Origin: a virus | Taxonomy: Duplodnaviria > Caudoviricetes | IMG/VR virus record: IMGVR_UViG_3300015050_001523 | Span: 258,519 to 322,518 of that record | DNA: 64,000 bases | Reading direction: 5' to 3' (one strand) | Shown: piece by piece, positions 27,480 to 36,727 of the stretch | How positions within the stretch are numbered: the stretch's first letter is position 1 | How the letters are laid out: the number at the start of each line of letters is the position of its first letter | Notes under the pieces: generated by a model | Seen by the model: the letters and a program-made list of their open reading frames with translations, nothing else | What the model was told of the DNA's origin: nothing | Database searches by the model: none | Made by a program: the position numbers and the translations under genes

Positions 27480-29354
27480 ATGAGTTTTAATCTTGATATA
27501 TTAACAGAAGGCGTTCGCGGACGTCACGTTGGACAAGAGGCACAACGCCTTACAGAAAAATGGAATAAAACTGGTCTTCTTAGAGGATTGACCGGATACG
27601 ACAAAGAGAACATGGCAAGATTGCTTGAAAGTCAGGCTGCCGAAGTTCTTCGTGAATCGTCAAGCCTTTCAACCGGTGGTGCTGCACTTACAAGCTCAGG
27701 ACAAGTTCGAGGCTTTTCAAATGTTGCATTCCCAATCGTTCGTCGAGTATTCGGCGGATTGGTTTCAAATGAATTGGTAAGTATGCAGCCTATGAGTTTG
27801 CCAGCCGGATTGCTTTTCTACCTCGATTATACCTATGGTAATAACGTTGGTGGAGAAGGTTCAGCTACCGATACAGTGTATCGTGCTGGCGATTCACTAT
27901 ATAACAACCCAACTGGTGCTGGAGTTCGTTCAGGTTCTCTTGCAGCTGGTGGTCAATATGACCTTGTTGGTAGCGGATTTACAAAAGTCCACTCAGGTTC
28001 ATTAACTGTATCAGGTTCCAACGTAAATGTTGGTGCATTTACTGGTGCAGCTAATGCTTGGGCTGCTGCCGGCACTGTAAGAACAACAAGTGACTTCACA
28101 GGATCAAATGCAAGACTTGTCTCTTTCGATCCACAAATTGAAGAAGCTTTGGATCTTGGAACAAAAGACTACTGTTTCGCATTCATTTCCGTTGCTGCAT
28201 TGGCCTCTGCAATCCCAACTGGCGATGTAAATCATGTAAAACAAATTGCTATTACCGATATGGGAACAGCAAATGGAGTTACTACATGGGGTGAAACATT
28301 CCAAGGTGGTCGTGGAATTCTAAACCTTCGTCGTTGGAATGAACGAGGAGATTGGAACGGCACAACATTCACACCTAAGCCAATGGGCGGAGACCATATC
28401 AAAATGGTTCTTGCATTAACAAATGCCGGTTCTGTTCCAACAATCGGTTCAGCAAACGTCCGTGTATCGATGGCAGTTTCTGATACTCTAAATGTTGGAA
28501 GTACAGATGGAGACACTCTTACCATTCCTTCATTCGAAACTGATTTTGCCGTTGATGCAAACCCAGCTATTCCTGAAATCGATATTAAGATCGAACAGAT
28601 TAGCGTAGTTGCCACAACTCGTAAATTGAGAGCACGTTGGTCACCAGAACTTGCTCAGGATCTTAATGCTTTCCACAGCCTTGATGCTGAAGTCGAGCTT
28701 ACAAAGATTCTATCCGAGCAAATCGCTATCGATATCGATCGAGAAATCTTGAACGATCTCCTTACCGAAGGAAATGGTGCGAACTACTACTGGAGCAGAG
28801 CCCCAGGTAGATTCGTAAACAAACGAACTGGAACAGAAGTTCAAATGAGCTCAACACTTGCAACTGGTCCTCAGTTTACTGGAACCGTTCGTGAATGGTA
28901 TGAAACACTTGTTGAAACTATCATCGACGTTGCAAATGAAATCCATAAGAAAACCCTTCGCGGTTCTGCCAACTTTATTGTTGTTGGACCTGATGTAGCT
29001 ACAATTTTGGAGCAAAGCGCTCTTTACAAAAATAGCTACAAGATCGATGGAAATGGACAAGTTTCAAATCCTCATACTATCGGTGCCGAAAACATTGGTA
29101 GTGTTGGAAATAGATTCACCGTCTACAAAGATCCAAGCTTCCCACGTCCGAAAATCCTTGTTGGATTCAAAGGTGGAAACTACCTTGAAACCGGTTATGT
29201 GTACGCACCTTATGTGCCACTTATCGTAACTCCAACAATCTTCGCACAGGAAGATTTCTCACCAAGAAAAGGTGTTATGACCAGATATGGTAAGAAAATG
29301 GTCAGAAGTGACTTCTACGGAACAGTAACTGTTCTTGATCTCAACATCATCTAA
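27480..29354 (+). CDS. Major capsid protein (T4 gp23-like)
   Basis: FPIVRRVF, VSMQPMSLPAGLLFY, TRKLRARWSPELAQDLNAFHSLDAEVEL, YAPYVPL, PRKGVMTRYG. Strong SD and a terminator downstream. Confidence 0.95.
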   Translation: MSFNLDILTEGVRGRHVGQEAQRLTEKWNKTGLLRGLTGYDKENMARLLESQAAEVLRESSSLSTGGAALTSSGQVRGFSNVAFPIVRRVFGGLVSNELVSMQPMSLPAGLLFYLDYTYGNNVGGEGSATDTVYRAGDSLYNNPTGAGVRSGSLAAGGQYDLVGSGFTKVHSGSLTVSGSNVNVGAFTGAANAWAAAGTVRTTSDFTGSNARLVSFDPQIEEALDLGTKDYCFAFISVAALASAIPTGDVNHVKQIAITDMGTANGVTTWGETFQGGRGILNLRRWNERGDWNGTTFTPKPMGGDHIKMVLALTNAGSVPTIGSANVRVSMAVSDTLNVGSTDGDTLTIPSFETDFAVDANPAIPEIDIKIEQISVVATTRKLRARWSPELAQDLNAFHSLDAEVELTKILSEQIAIDIDREILNDLLTEGNGANYYWSRAPGRFVNKRTGTEVQMSSTLATGPQFTGTVREWYETLVETIIDVANEIHKKTLRGSANFIVVGPDVATILEQSALYKNSYKIDGNGQVSNPHTIGAENIGSVGNRFTVYKDPSFPRPKILVGFKGGNYLETGYVYAPYVPLIVTPTIFAQEDFSPRKGVMTRYGKKMVRSDFYGTVTVLDLNII

Positions 29355-29374
29355 CACTTAGGTGTTACTGATTC

Positions 29375-29400
29375 AAAAGGACCCGAAAGGGTCCTTTTTT
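29375..29400 (+). terminator. Rho-independent terminator after MCP
   Basis: AAAAGGACCC-GAAA-GGGTCCTTTTTT, a GNRA-loop stem with a T tract. A second small hairpin TAACAC-TTAG-GTGTTA (29352-29367) overlaps the MCP stop. Confidence 0.9.
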
Positions 29401-29458
29401 GTTTAAGTTAATTCCTTTCTTTATAAATTAGACATTTATATATGGTAAGATAAACCAT

Positions 29459-30091
29459 ATGAAATTAAATACAATAACAGACAAATTAAAAGACGTAATA
29501 GATTTCAATGATTGGATGGCAAAACAATTTAAATGGAGTTGGATTTGTAATAGTCCAGAAGGAATAACCAGTTATGCAACATTGGCTGAAGACTATAAAA
29601 AGCTTGCTTATTATTATCTTGGAGTTGGCCCTGATGACATATCTCAAAAGATGGTCATTAATATCTATAAAAAAAGAATAGTTGGAATGAGCGTATTTAA
29701 TTCTTATTTCGCTTCTTATTTTGCAATGAGAAAGTCAAATATGCAAATTTTATATCTTGTGCATAATCAGGCTTTGGCCAGACATTTTTGTTCGCTTGTT
29801 GGTTCTTTATATAATAAAGAGATAAAGAGCATTAATGTGTCAAATTCAATAATTTACTTTAAGAATGGATCAGAAATACATTTTAAAGCAAAATGTAATA
29901 TAAGGAATACCGCTTGCGGAAGACATTTGGACCTGTTGATTGTTGATGAATGTGAGTTAAATGAAGAAGAAATGAACGCAATCTTGCCATGTACTGTTTT
30001 TGGAAAAACTATTTTTATTTCTGAACTTACAGATGATTTAATTAAAAAAATTGAGCCAACAAAAATAAACAAAGGAATTTATGTTTGTTAG
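29459..30091 (+). CDS. Terminase-like ATPase domain only (truncated TerL paralogue)
   Basis: KKRIVGMS, LDLLIVDECE and ILPCTVFGKTIFIS align by eye to terL KARQLGLS, LSLLIVDEAA and LYPCVSTGGRTILLS. No nuclease domain. Confidence 0.7.
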   Translation: MKLNTITDKLKDVIDFNDWMAKQFKWSWICNSPEGITSYATLAEDYKKLAYYYLGVGPDDISQKMVINIYKKRIVGMSVFNSYFASYFAMRKSNMQILYLVHNQALARHFCSLVGSLYNKEIKSINVSNSIIYFKNGSEIHFKAKCNIRNTACGRHLDLLIVDECELNEEEMNAILPCTVFGKTIFISELTDDLIKKIEPTKINKGIYVC

Positions 30092-30103
30092 GAGAAATGA
30101 AAA

Positions 30104-30736
30104 ATGACATCACAAATACCTGATCAATGCTTTTATAATGGAAAGATTTATTATCCATTTTATTTAGCCTCAAGAGAATGGAGTTCGTCTCCTGTTTTGG
30201 CTCATTTAACTGATGATTATAAAAATCCAATGATGGGAAATTTTGATATACCAACAAGCAAATATGAATGGTCATGTTTGCATAGGGGAAGAGTTGGATA
30301 TTTTGAACTTCAAAATGATTTACAATTGAGATTGCATGCATTAACATGGTGCGAAAATGCTTTAGATAATAATCAATTTTTTGAATATAAAAATAGACAA
30401 GAAATTTCTGAGGATATAATAAGGTTATTTCCTGAATTGGAATGTGGGCATGGCCTTGAGGACCCCGGGAGTATGCCAAATATTTCTAAATATCCAATAT
30501 ATATAAAATATGATAAAATTTATTTATATGATAACCCTTTAATGGGTTATGGAAGGCTCAGTCAAATAAAAAATGTTATTGAAGTAACTCCAACATCTGT
30601 AAAAGAAATTATCAATCCTTTTTATATTGAAGAAGATAATGTTAAAATAAATGATTCTTATTTAATTGAAGAGTATAGCCATATCAAATATTTTTTAAAT
30701 GAAATAAAGGCTTGGTTCAGAGGCAAAAGTAAGTGA
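30104..30736 (+). CDS. Hypothetical protein
   Basis: 210 aa, AGGAG upstream. No motif recognised. Confidence 0.55.
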   Translation: MTSQIPDQCFYNGKIYYPFYLASREWSSSPVLAHLTDDYKNPMMGNFDIPTSKYEWSCLHRGRVGYFELQNDLQLRLHALTWCENALDNNQFFEYKNRQEISEDIIRLFPELECGHGLEDPGSMPNISKYPIYIKYDKIYLYDNPLMGYGRLSQIKNVIEVTPTSVKEIINPFYIEEDNVKINDSYLIEEYSHIKYFLNEIKAWFRGKSK

Positions 30737-30840
30737 TACTAATCGTTAACCTATATTAAAATTAAAATCAATAATTATTATTCTTATTAGATGGCAAATG
30801 ATATTTGTGCTCAATATTTAATTGAGAGGATTTTATTATC

Positions 30841-31266
30841 ATGGCCGTAAAAACTAGAATTACAGACAAAGGAATTATTTCATATCAGGCAACATCTGAC
30901 GATGTTTCTGCAAACGTCGGACTTGGAATGGCTGGCGAGGAGATTTCGACACTCAGCACGAGCGCAGTCCTAACCCCAGCTCATGCCGGAAAACCTTATA
31001 TTATTTCAGGTTCTTCTGCCCTAACCCCACTAATGCCGGCTGCTTCATTGGTCCCAGGAAGTCAATGGGTTTTCAAAGTTGGTTCAGTACATGCCCATGG
31101 AGTTATTTCAGGCTCTGCCGAAACAACAGGAAAACCATTTACTAACGGTACATCATCTGGCGGAAAAGTTGCGATGGCAAATATTGTTGGTTCTTCAATG
31201 GTTTTGGTTTCGGATGGAACAAATTATATTGTTGTAGGAAATTCAGGTTCATTGACTTTTACATAG
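30841..31266 (+). CDS. Putative virion structural protein (decoration/fibre-like beta domain)
   Basis: Small-residue-rich, ends GSSMVLVSDGTNYIVVG, a pattern seen in fibre beta-sandwich domains. TATTTA and GAGAGGA upstream. Confidence 0.5.
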   Translation: MAVKTRITDKGIISYQATSDDVSANVGLGMAGEEISTLSTSAVLTPAHAGKPYIISGSSALTPLMPAASLVPGSQWVFKVGSVHAHGVISGSAETTGKPFTNGTSSGGKVAMANIVGSSMVLVSDGTNYIVVGNSGSLTFT

Positions 31267-31274
31267 GAAAAAAT

Positions 31275-31457
31275 ATGAGACTACAAGAAATTTGTGAAAG
31301 CCTTATATTAAAATATAAATTTCCTAATATCATAACCTCTATTGAAGAAACAAATAAGAGACTTTTTGAAGTAGAAAAAAATATTATATTACTTCCAATG
31401 TTTGAATATGAATGGCCAGAAACAATTTATAATTATTATAATTATATAGTCGAATAA
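31275..31457 (+). CDS. Small hypothetical protein
   Basis: 60 aa, AGGA SD, MRLQE leader. Confidence 0.4.
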   Translation: MRLQEICESLILKYKFPNIITSIEETNKRLFEVEKNIILLPMFEYEWPETIYNYYNYIVE

Positions 31458-31530
31458 TAATTTAGATTTAAATTGTTTTAAAGAGCCCATAATGGGCTCT
31501 TTAATTTTAAGTAAATATTTATAATCATAT

Positions 31531-33030
31531 ATGACAAGTCCAATTAAGACATATTTGAATGAATTATTTTCCTTAATGGAGGGAAAGCTAGATTTATTAA
31601 AAAAGAAATATAATAATATTTCTTCTGATGACATAGAAGAGATTTATAGTCTTGATCCAAGTAAAACAAAAAAATATTCTAATTGGATGGTTCGACAATT
31701 TGCAAATGGGTATTCTCTTAAAGATATTCATTCAATTATTATTGATTTTGAAAAAAAGCAGAAATTACTTTCAAAACAGGATATAGAGCAATATAAAACA
31801 TTAGACACATTAAAGTCGGCTCTATCTGATGTCTCATCAAAGTCTGAAGAGAAAAGAAAAACAAAAAAAGAAGGCTCTAAAAAGATATACGAAGATGATG
31901 AAGTTCTTGTTATTCGTCTTGATTCAAAAGAGGCTTGCGTCATTTATGGCAAAGGATCAAAGTGGTGCATCGCGCAAAAAGAAGAAGAATATTATGAGAG
32001 ATATAAATCAAATAATGTAATCTTTTATTTTTTATTGAGTAAAATTTATAATGATTCAATTAATTCAAAGATAGCAATATCTGTTGAAAGAGATACTGAA
32101 AATAATGTTGTTGCTGTCAACTTTTGGGATGCACAAGACGGCACTATCAAGCCTGAAGAATTGGCAGGGCTATATAAAAATGGAGAAAAAATAATATCGA
32201 TTTGTATAGATAATGCAAAAAAGCAAGAATCATCAATTTTGTCAAAAATTATTAATGGAACATATTCAAGAGAAGAATTAGATGAATATATAAAATTTGC
32301 CGATATAAATAGTGAATTTTTTAGAAGAAAAATTTTTCCTAAAATTAGAGAAGAAGATGACGATATTATTATTAATTATCTTACATTAGACAATGTAACT
32401 TTGGAAGTTTTAAAATCTATACTTCCTGGTATTTCAAATGTAAATATGATAAGGCTTTTAGATAAAGGATTTTTAAGTAAGATTATTCAAGCTTATGAGT
32501 TTTTAGAAGTTTATGATTGGGGCGTACTCCCAGAGTCTCTACTAAATAAAATTATTGAATCAAGAAATGTAAAAGGGTTTTTTATTTTATTTTATTCAAT
32601 GGCCGGAAGAAAACTATTGTATAAAAATTATATCTTACCAATTGAAAATATTCATTCTAATGTTTTGAAAGAATTAGAAGAGCTTATGGTTGGATTATTG
32701 AATATTATTGAGTTATCAGAGAAAGACGAAAGTGAAGAAAAAAGCAAAAAGGTAACAGAAGTAATGACAAATATTTTGTCAAATTATCTTGATTCAATAA
32801 AACGTTGGAATTTAAAAAATATTCTACTTCCACAACAGGAGTATTATAGAATAGCAATAAATATAAAAGATTTTTTATCTAAAATATCAGTATTAGAATC
32901 TTTGACAGAAGATAGAGCTTGGGAAAACTCTATAATAGATAATAAATTAAAAAATAAAATGAAAATTGTAAATTCTAATTTGGGAAATCTTATTGAATTA
33001 ATAAATGGATATTTATCAAAAAATTTATAA
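31531..33030 (+). CDS. PcfJ-like 'YG..WC' domain protein
   Basis: LDPSKTKKYSNWM, IYEDDEVLVIRLDSKEACVIYGKGSKWCIA, YERY..NNVIFYF. This pattern recurs in large-phage proteins. TATTTA at 31516-31521. Confidence 0.55.
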   Translation: MTSPIKTYLNELFSLMEGKLDLLKKKYNNISSDDIEEIYSLDPSKTKKYSNWMVRQFANGYSLKDIHSIIIDFEKKQKLLSKQDIEQYKTLDTLKSALSDVSSKSEEKRKTKKEGSKKIYEDDEVLVIRLDSKEACVIYGKGSKWCIAQKEEEYYERYKSNNVIFYFLLSKIYNDSINSKIAISVERDTENNVVAVNFWDAQDGTIKPEELAGLYKNGEKIISICIDNAKKQESSILSKIINGTYSREELDEYIKFADINSEFFRRKIFPKIREEDDDIIINYLTLDNVTLEVLKSILPGISNVNMIRLLDKGFLSKIIQAYEFLEVYDWGVLPESLLNKIIESRNVKGFFILFYSMAGRKLLYKNYILPIENIHSNVLKELEELMVGLLNIIELSEKDESEEKSKKVTEVMTNILSNYLDSIKRWNLKNILLPQQEYYRIAINIKDFLSKISVLESLTEDRAWENSIIDNKLKNKMKIVNSNLGNLIELINGYLSKNL

Positions 33031-33040
33031 TAAATAAAAA

Positions 33041-33460
33041 TTAATAAATTTTATAAATTTTAGGATTTTTTATCCCATAAGATTTTACAAGTTGGCCAGC
33101 AACTGAATTGGCTTCATCTTCAATGTGACCGCCTACACCATCCTGATTTATTATTTTAATACGTTCTTGTTCATTTTGTTGGTGATGTACCAATTCATGA
33201 GCAAGGCTTCGTAAAATATCTGACAAGCACCTTCCTCGACCAACAATTTTGATTGTTCTTTTGTCTGGCCAGTAAGCGCCATGACTACCACCTGGGTTCT
33301 CCTCGACAATTGAGATTGTTGGGGATTTTTTAATTTCTAATTTTTCTATGCAAAAAGCAAGAAAATCTTGAATATCTGATTCAATATTGTTCTTGTCTTC
33401 AAGTTGCATTTTTACTATATTTTCTTTTAAAAGTTCTTGAATAAAGTCTTTTAGAATCAT
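33041..33460 (-). CDS. Zincin-like HExxH metallopeptidase; only minus-strand gene
   Basis: RSLAHELVHHQQ plus IEDEANSVAG. It fills the gap between two + strand genes without overlapping either. Confidence 0.75.
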   Translation of the reverse strand: MILKDFIQELLKENIVKMQLEDKNNIESDIQDFLAFCIEKLEIKKSPTISIVEENPGGSHGAYWPDKRTIKIVGRGRCLSDILRSLAHELVHHQQNEQERIKIINQDGVGGHIEDEANSVAGQLVKSYGIKNPKIYKIY

Positions 33461-33511
33461 CTTACATATAAGTATTTATCTTTCGGCTTTGTTTCCATAT
33501 TTATCATTATT

Positions 33512-34690
33512 ATGGCTTTCGCAAATGTAACAAATCCAACAAATTTTGGAATATTCGATTCAGAAGTACCATTTCAAACATTTGCTGATAATATGGTCAC
33601 ATTTGTCAAGCGAAAACTTGGAGATGACGTTTTATCAGTAGAACTAACAAGTAAGGCAATCTATGGATGTTTAGAAGAGTCAGTTTTGACTTGGAATGCT
33701 TATATTCTTGAATTTCAAGCTAAATCAAACTTGGCAAATATAATGGGGCAGCCTACTGGCTCAAATGTTCAAGGATTGTATCCGCGAGAAACATTAGAGT
33801 TCTTATTGAGGCAAGCAGCGCCTTATTCTATGGCTGCTTCTTATGCCGGATACCAAAATGAGATGTCAGGTTCAATCACTCTTGAATATGGACGGCAAGA
33901 TTATGATTTGCCTACAGAGCTTGTTAATGCTGCGGGAGTTCCTTTAATAAATTTACAACCATCTGGATCTGTTCAGCCATTTAGAGTAACTGAAGTTTTT
34001 CACTTTAGCCCAGCTGTTGCATTTAGATTTTTTGATAGCACTTCAGCACTAAACTTTTTAAATAATGAATTCAACTTTGAAAGCTTTACTCCTGAAACTA
34101 TTTTTTATGTTCTTCCAGTATTTGAAGATCTTTTAAGGCAAGGACAACTTCAACTTTCTCAAAGAGTGAGAAGATCTAATTATAGTTACAAAATTGTTGG
34201 AAGCAAACTAAGAGTTTTTCCTACACCAAACAGAGTAAGAGATAATCCAAGAAAATTATTTGTAAGAGTTCAATTTGTTGCAGATGCATTTAATACAAAT
34301 AGTGGATCTTATGGTTCTCCACAAGATGACAGTATATTTGGAATCTCAAATATAGGAAATATTCCTTATAATGATGTTCCATTTAGTTCAATTAATGCTG
34401 TTGGTCGTCAATGGATTCGAGAATACTGTCTTGCTCTTTGCATGATTGTATTAGGGTTTATTCGTGGAAAAGTAAGAAATATACCTGTTCCAAATTCAGA
34501 TGTTCAACTTAATTATGATGACTTGTTGGAAAGAGGATATGCAGACAAAGAAAGACTGATTACTCAAATTCGAGAACAATTAAATGAACTTACTTATTCT
34601 GCTCTTGTAGAGCGAGAGGCCGACAAGTCTGAAAATCTCATGAGGCAACTTCGCGGTATTCCCATGCCTAAAATGATTATTAGCGGATAG
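33512..34690 (+). CDS. Neck/head-tail adaptor protein (gp13-like)
   Basis: FVKRKLGDDVLSVELT, QWIREYCLALCMIVLGFIRGK..IPVPNSDVQLNYDDLL. Position precedes the head-closure gene. Confidence 0.75.
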   Translation: MAFANVTNPTNFGIFDSEVPFQTFADNMVTFVKRKLGDDVLSVELTSKAIYGCLEESVLTWNAYILEFQAKSNLANIMGQPTGSNVQGLYPRETLEFLLRQAAPYSMAASYAGYQNEMSGSITLEYGRQDYDLPTELVNAAGVPLINLQPSGSVQPFRVTEVFHFSPAVAFRFFDSTSALNFLNNEFNFESFTPETIFYVLPVFEDLLRQGQLQLSQRVRRSNYSYKIVGSKLRVFPTPNRVRDNPRKLFVRVQFVADAFNTNSGSYGSPQDDSIFGISNIGNIPYNDVPFSSINAVGRQWIREYCLALCMIVLGFIRGKVRNIPVPNSDVQLNYDDLLERGYADKERLITQIREQLNELTYSALVEREADKSENLMRQLRGIPMPKMIISG

Positions 34691-34695
34691 ATAAT

Positions 34696-35991
34696 ATGAA
34701 AAAAAATATTATATTAAAAGAAATATTTGATGATCTTTATGATGATTATCACCAAGAGACCAAACAAGGAGAATTTGATCAAAAAGAAGATCCTTTTTTA
34801 TATGGGGCAAATCCTTTAGAAAAGGATCCAATGTATGATATGGACAATTCTTTTGAAGAAAAAGAAGTGCCTAGCAATTGGGATCAGGCTTATGATGCTG
34901 TATTGAATTGGGCTACAAAATCAGGAATTAAAGCGACAGAAGAAGATATTATTAATGCCGCAGATTATTGGGATGTTGGAGTTGAAGATTTGACTCCTGG
35001 TTCTATAGAAAAATCAATGAATGCCTCTCCAAGAGAAAAATTTAATAAAAAACAAGTTAGAGGCCAAAGAATAAAAAGATGGGACGCAGGATATCGGTCA
35101 AGGCCAAGAAATAGGGAAGACGTCAGAATTGATAATGAAGAACTTCAAGAAGCCCCTATTCGAGACTTTGAAACAATTGGAACTCCAATAAATAAGCCTG
35201 GTGGAGCTTTCTCCTCTCAAGATCGGAAACTTTTATCTAATCCAAAAGCGATTCAAAAAATCATAAAAAAATGGGAAAAAACTGAACATACTTTTGATAT
35301 TTATCTTTTAAAAGTTCCTCAATTGAATAAGCCAGAATATAGAGAATATGGTGTTGTTCAGCCTGGTTCTAAATTTAGTACAGAATATATAAAATATGTT
35401 GGAGAGCCTGTTCCTAATAGTCCATCTGGTATAACAATTCTTTTTAATGGAAATATGGGAGATGAAAAGGTTCCAATGACTGCCTGGATTATGGCTCATA
35501 GATTTGGACATTCGGTAAGAAGAGATATTCCTGAATGGAAAGATTTTGTTGCAGAGGTTGTTGAACTAACAAAAAGAATTACTGAAGAAGTTTATGACAA
35601 AACTTTAGAGTCTTTAAAAAGTGATGGATTTTTTAAAAATATAAGATTTTGGGAAAATGAAAATAACGAAAGACAGGAAGAACTTTTATCTCTTTTCTTT
35701 AACCAAATTGGAAATTTTAAGTCTGCTAGAGAAAATAATATAAGAAATTATTATGAATTTTTTTATGAATTATTTGCACAATATATAATAACTGGCTCCG
35801 TTCAATTTAGAGAATTGCCAGAATCTCTAATTATTAAAAATCTTCCATTTGGTAGAAAACAGTCAGTTGCTGCATTAGATCCTGATTTGGTTGGAATGTG
35901 GAACAGAGATTTAGAATATTATGCAAAACAAATTGATTCAAGAATAGAAAATCTATTAGATTCTTGTGTCGGAAAAACATTTTTAATGTAG
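34696..35991 (+). CDS. Hypothetical protein with zincin-like HRxGH motif
   Basis: WIMAHRFGH and ELFAQY. Acidic N-terminal region ending LQE-AP. Confidence 0.5.
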   Translation: MKKNIILKEIFDDLYDDYHQETKQGEFDQKEDPFLYGANPLEKDPMYDMDNSFEEKEVPSNWDQAYDAVLNWATKSGIKATEEDIINAADYWDVGVEDLTPGSIEKSMNASPREKFNKKQVRGQRIKRWDAGYRSRPRNREDVRIDNEELQEAPIRDFETIGTPINKPGGAFSSQDRKLLSNPKAIQKIIKKWEKTEHTFDIYLLKVPQLNKPEYREYGVVQPGSKFSTEYIKYVGEPVPNSPSGITILFNGNMGDEKVPMTAWIMAHRFGHSVRRDIPEWKDFVAEVVELTKRITEEVYDKTLESLKSDGFFKNIRFWENENNERQEELLSLFFNQIGNFKSARENNIRNYYEFFYELFAQYIITGSVQFRELPESLIIKNLPFGRKQSVAALDPDLVGMWNRDLEYYAKQIDSRIENLLDSCVGKTFLM

Positions 35992-36013
35992 TTTATTTAG
36001 AGTAGTTATTTGT

Positions 36014-36682
36014 ATGCCTAGATTATTTATAACTCCAAGAGAAATTGACTTTATTAATGACATTTCAAAGGAAGTCACTAAAGACATAATTGGGCATAAA
36101 ATATATTATTTTCCAATTTCTTTTGACAAAACAAAGATTCATGCAATTTATGAAGAGTCTCCTGAAAAAATTGTAGAACAGGCAATTGAAATAAATTGTA
36201 TTGTAAATTGGGAGCCAGCCGAAGTAAAAACAACAAAATTTGGACAAGATTCAATTTTATCAATTAAGGTTTATATCCAATCAAGAGATATGATTCAAAA
36301 AGAAATTGCTCTTAAAGATGGAGATTTTTTTAGTTTCGGTGCTGACATTTATGAAATTACAACAATAAAAACACATAGAAATATTTATGGGCAAATAGAA
36401 TATACAGATGGAATTGAGCTTACAGCTCGACAAGCTCGTAAAGATAACTTTGCGATTAAGCCTCCTGGTCCTACAAATGAATTTTATAATGATGATGATG
36501 CTGTTCAGGGTAGATTTGTTCAGCAAAGAGGATTCTCTGAAAATAAAGAAGGAGAAACTGGAGATAGGCATGATCTTGTCGATAAGGGCGTTCTCGATCC
36601 TCCTATTTCACAACCAGCAGAAATTTCAAATCTTGGAACAACACAAAGAGCTGGCAATGCATTTTATGGAGAAGATGAATAA
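36014..36682 (+). CDS. Head closure/neck protein (gp14-like)
   Basis: REIDFINDISKEVTKDIIGHKIYYFPI...IYEES, DGDFFSFG..IYEIT. Neck-cluster position. Confidence 0.65.
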   Translation: MPRLFITPREIDFINDISKEVTKDIIGHKIYYFPISFDKTKIHAIYEESPEKIVEQAIEINCIVNWEPAEVKTTKFGQDSILSIKVYIQSRDMIQKEIALKDGDFFSFGADIYEITTIKTHRNIYGQIEYTDGIELTARQARKDNFAIKPPGPTNEFYNDDDAVQGRFVQQRGFSENKEGETGDRHDLVDKGVLDPPISQPAEISNLGTTQRAGNAFYGEDE

Positions 36683-36727
36683 ATTAAAATTTATTTCATG
36701 TTGATTGAATAGATATAGTTATAAGAA

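Noticed and set aside
29429-29451. Sigma70 -35/-10 promoters (TAGACA..TAAGAT; also TTGCTT..TATGAT at 56241-56262)
   Set aside because: Spacers are only 10-11 nt rather than 16-18, so at most the -10 or extended -10 part is credible.
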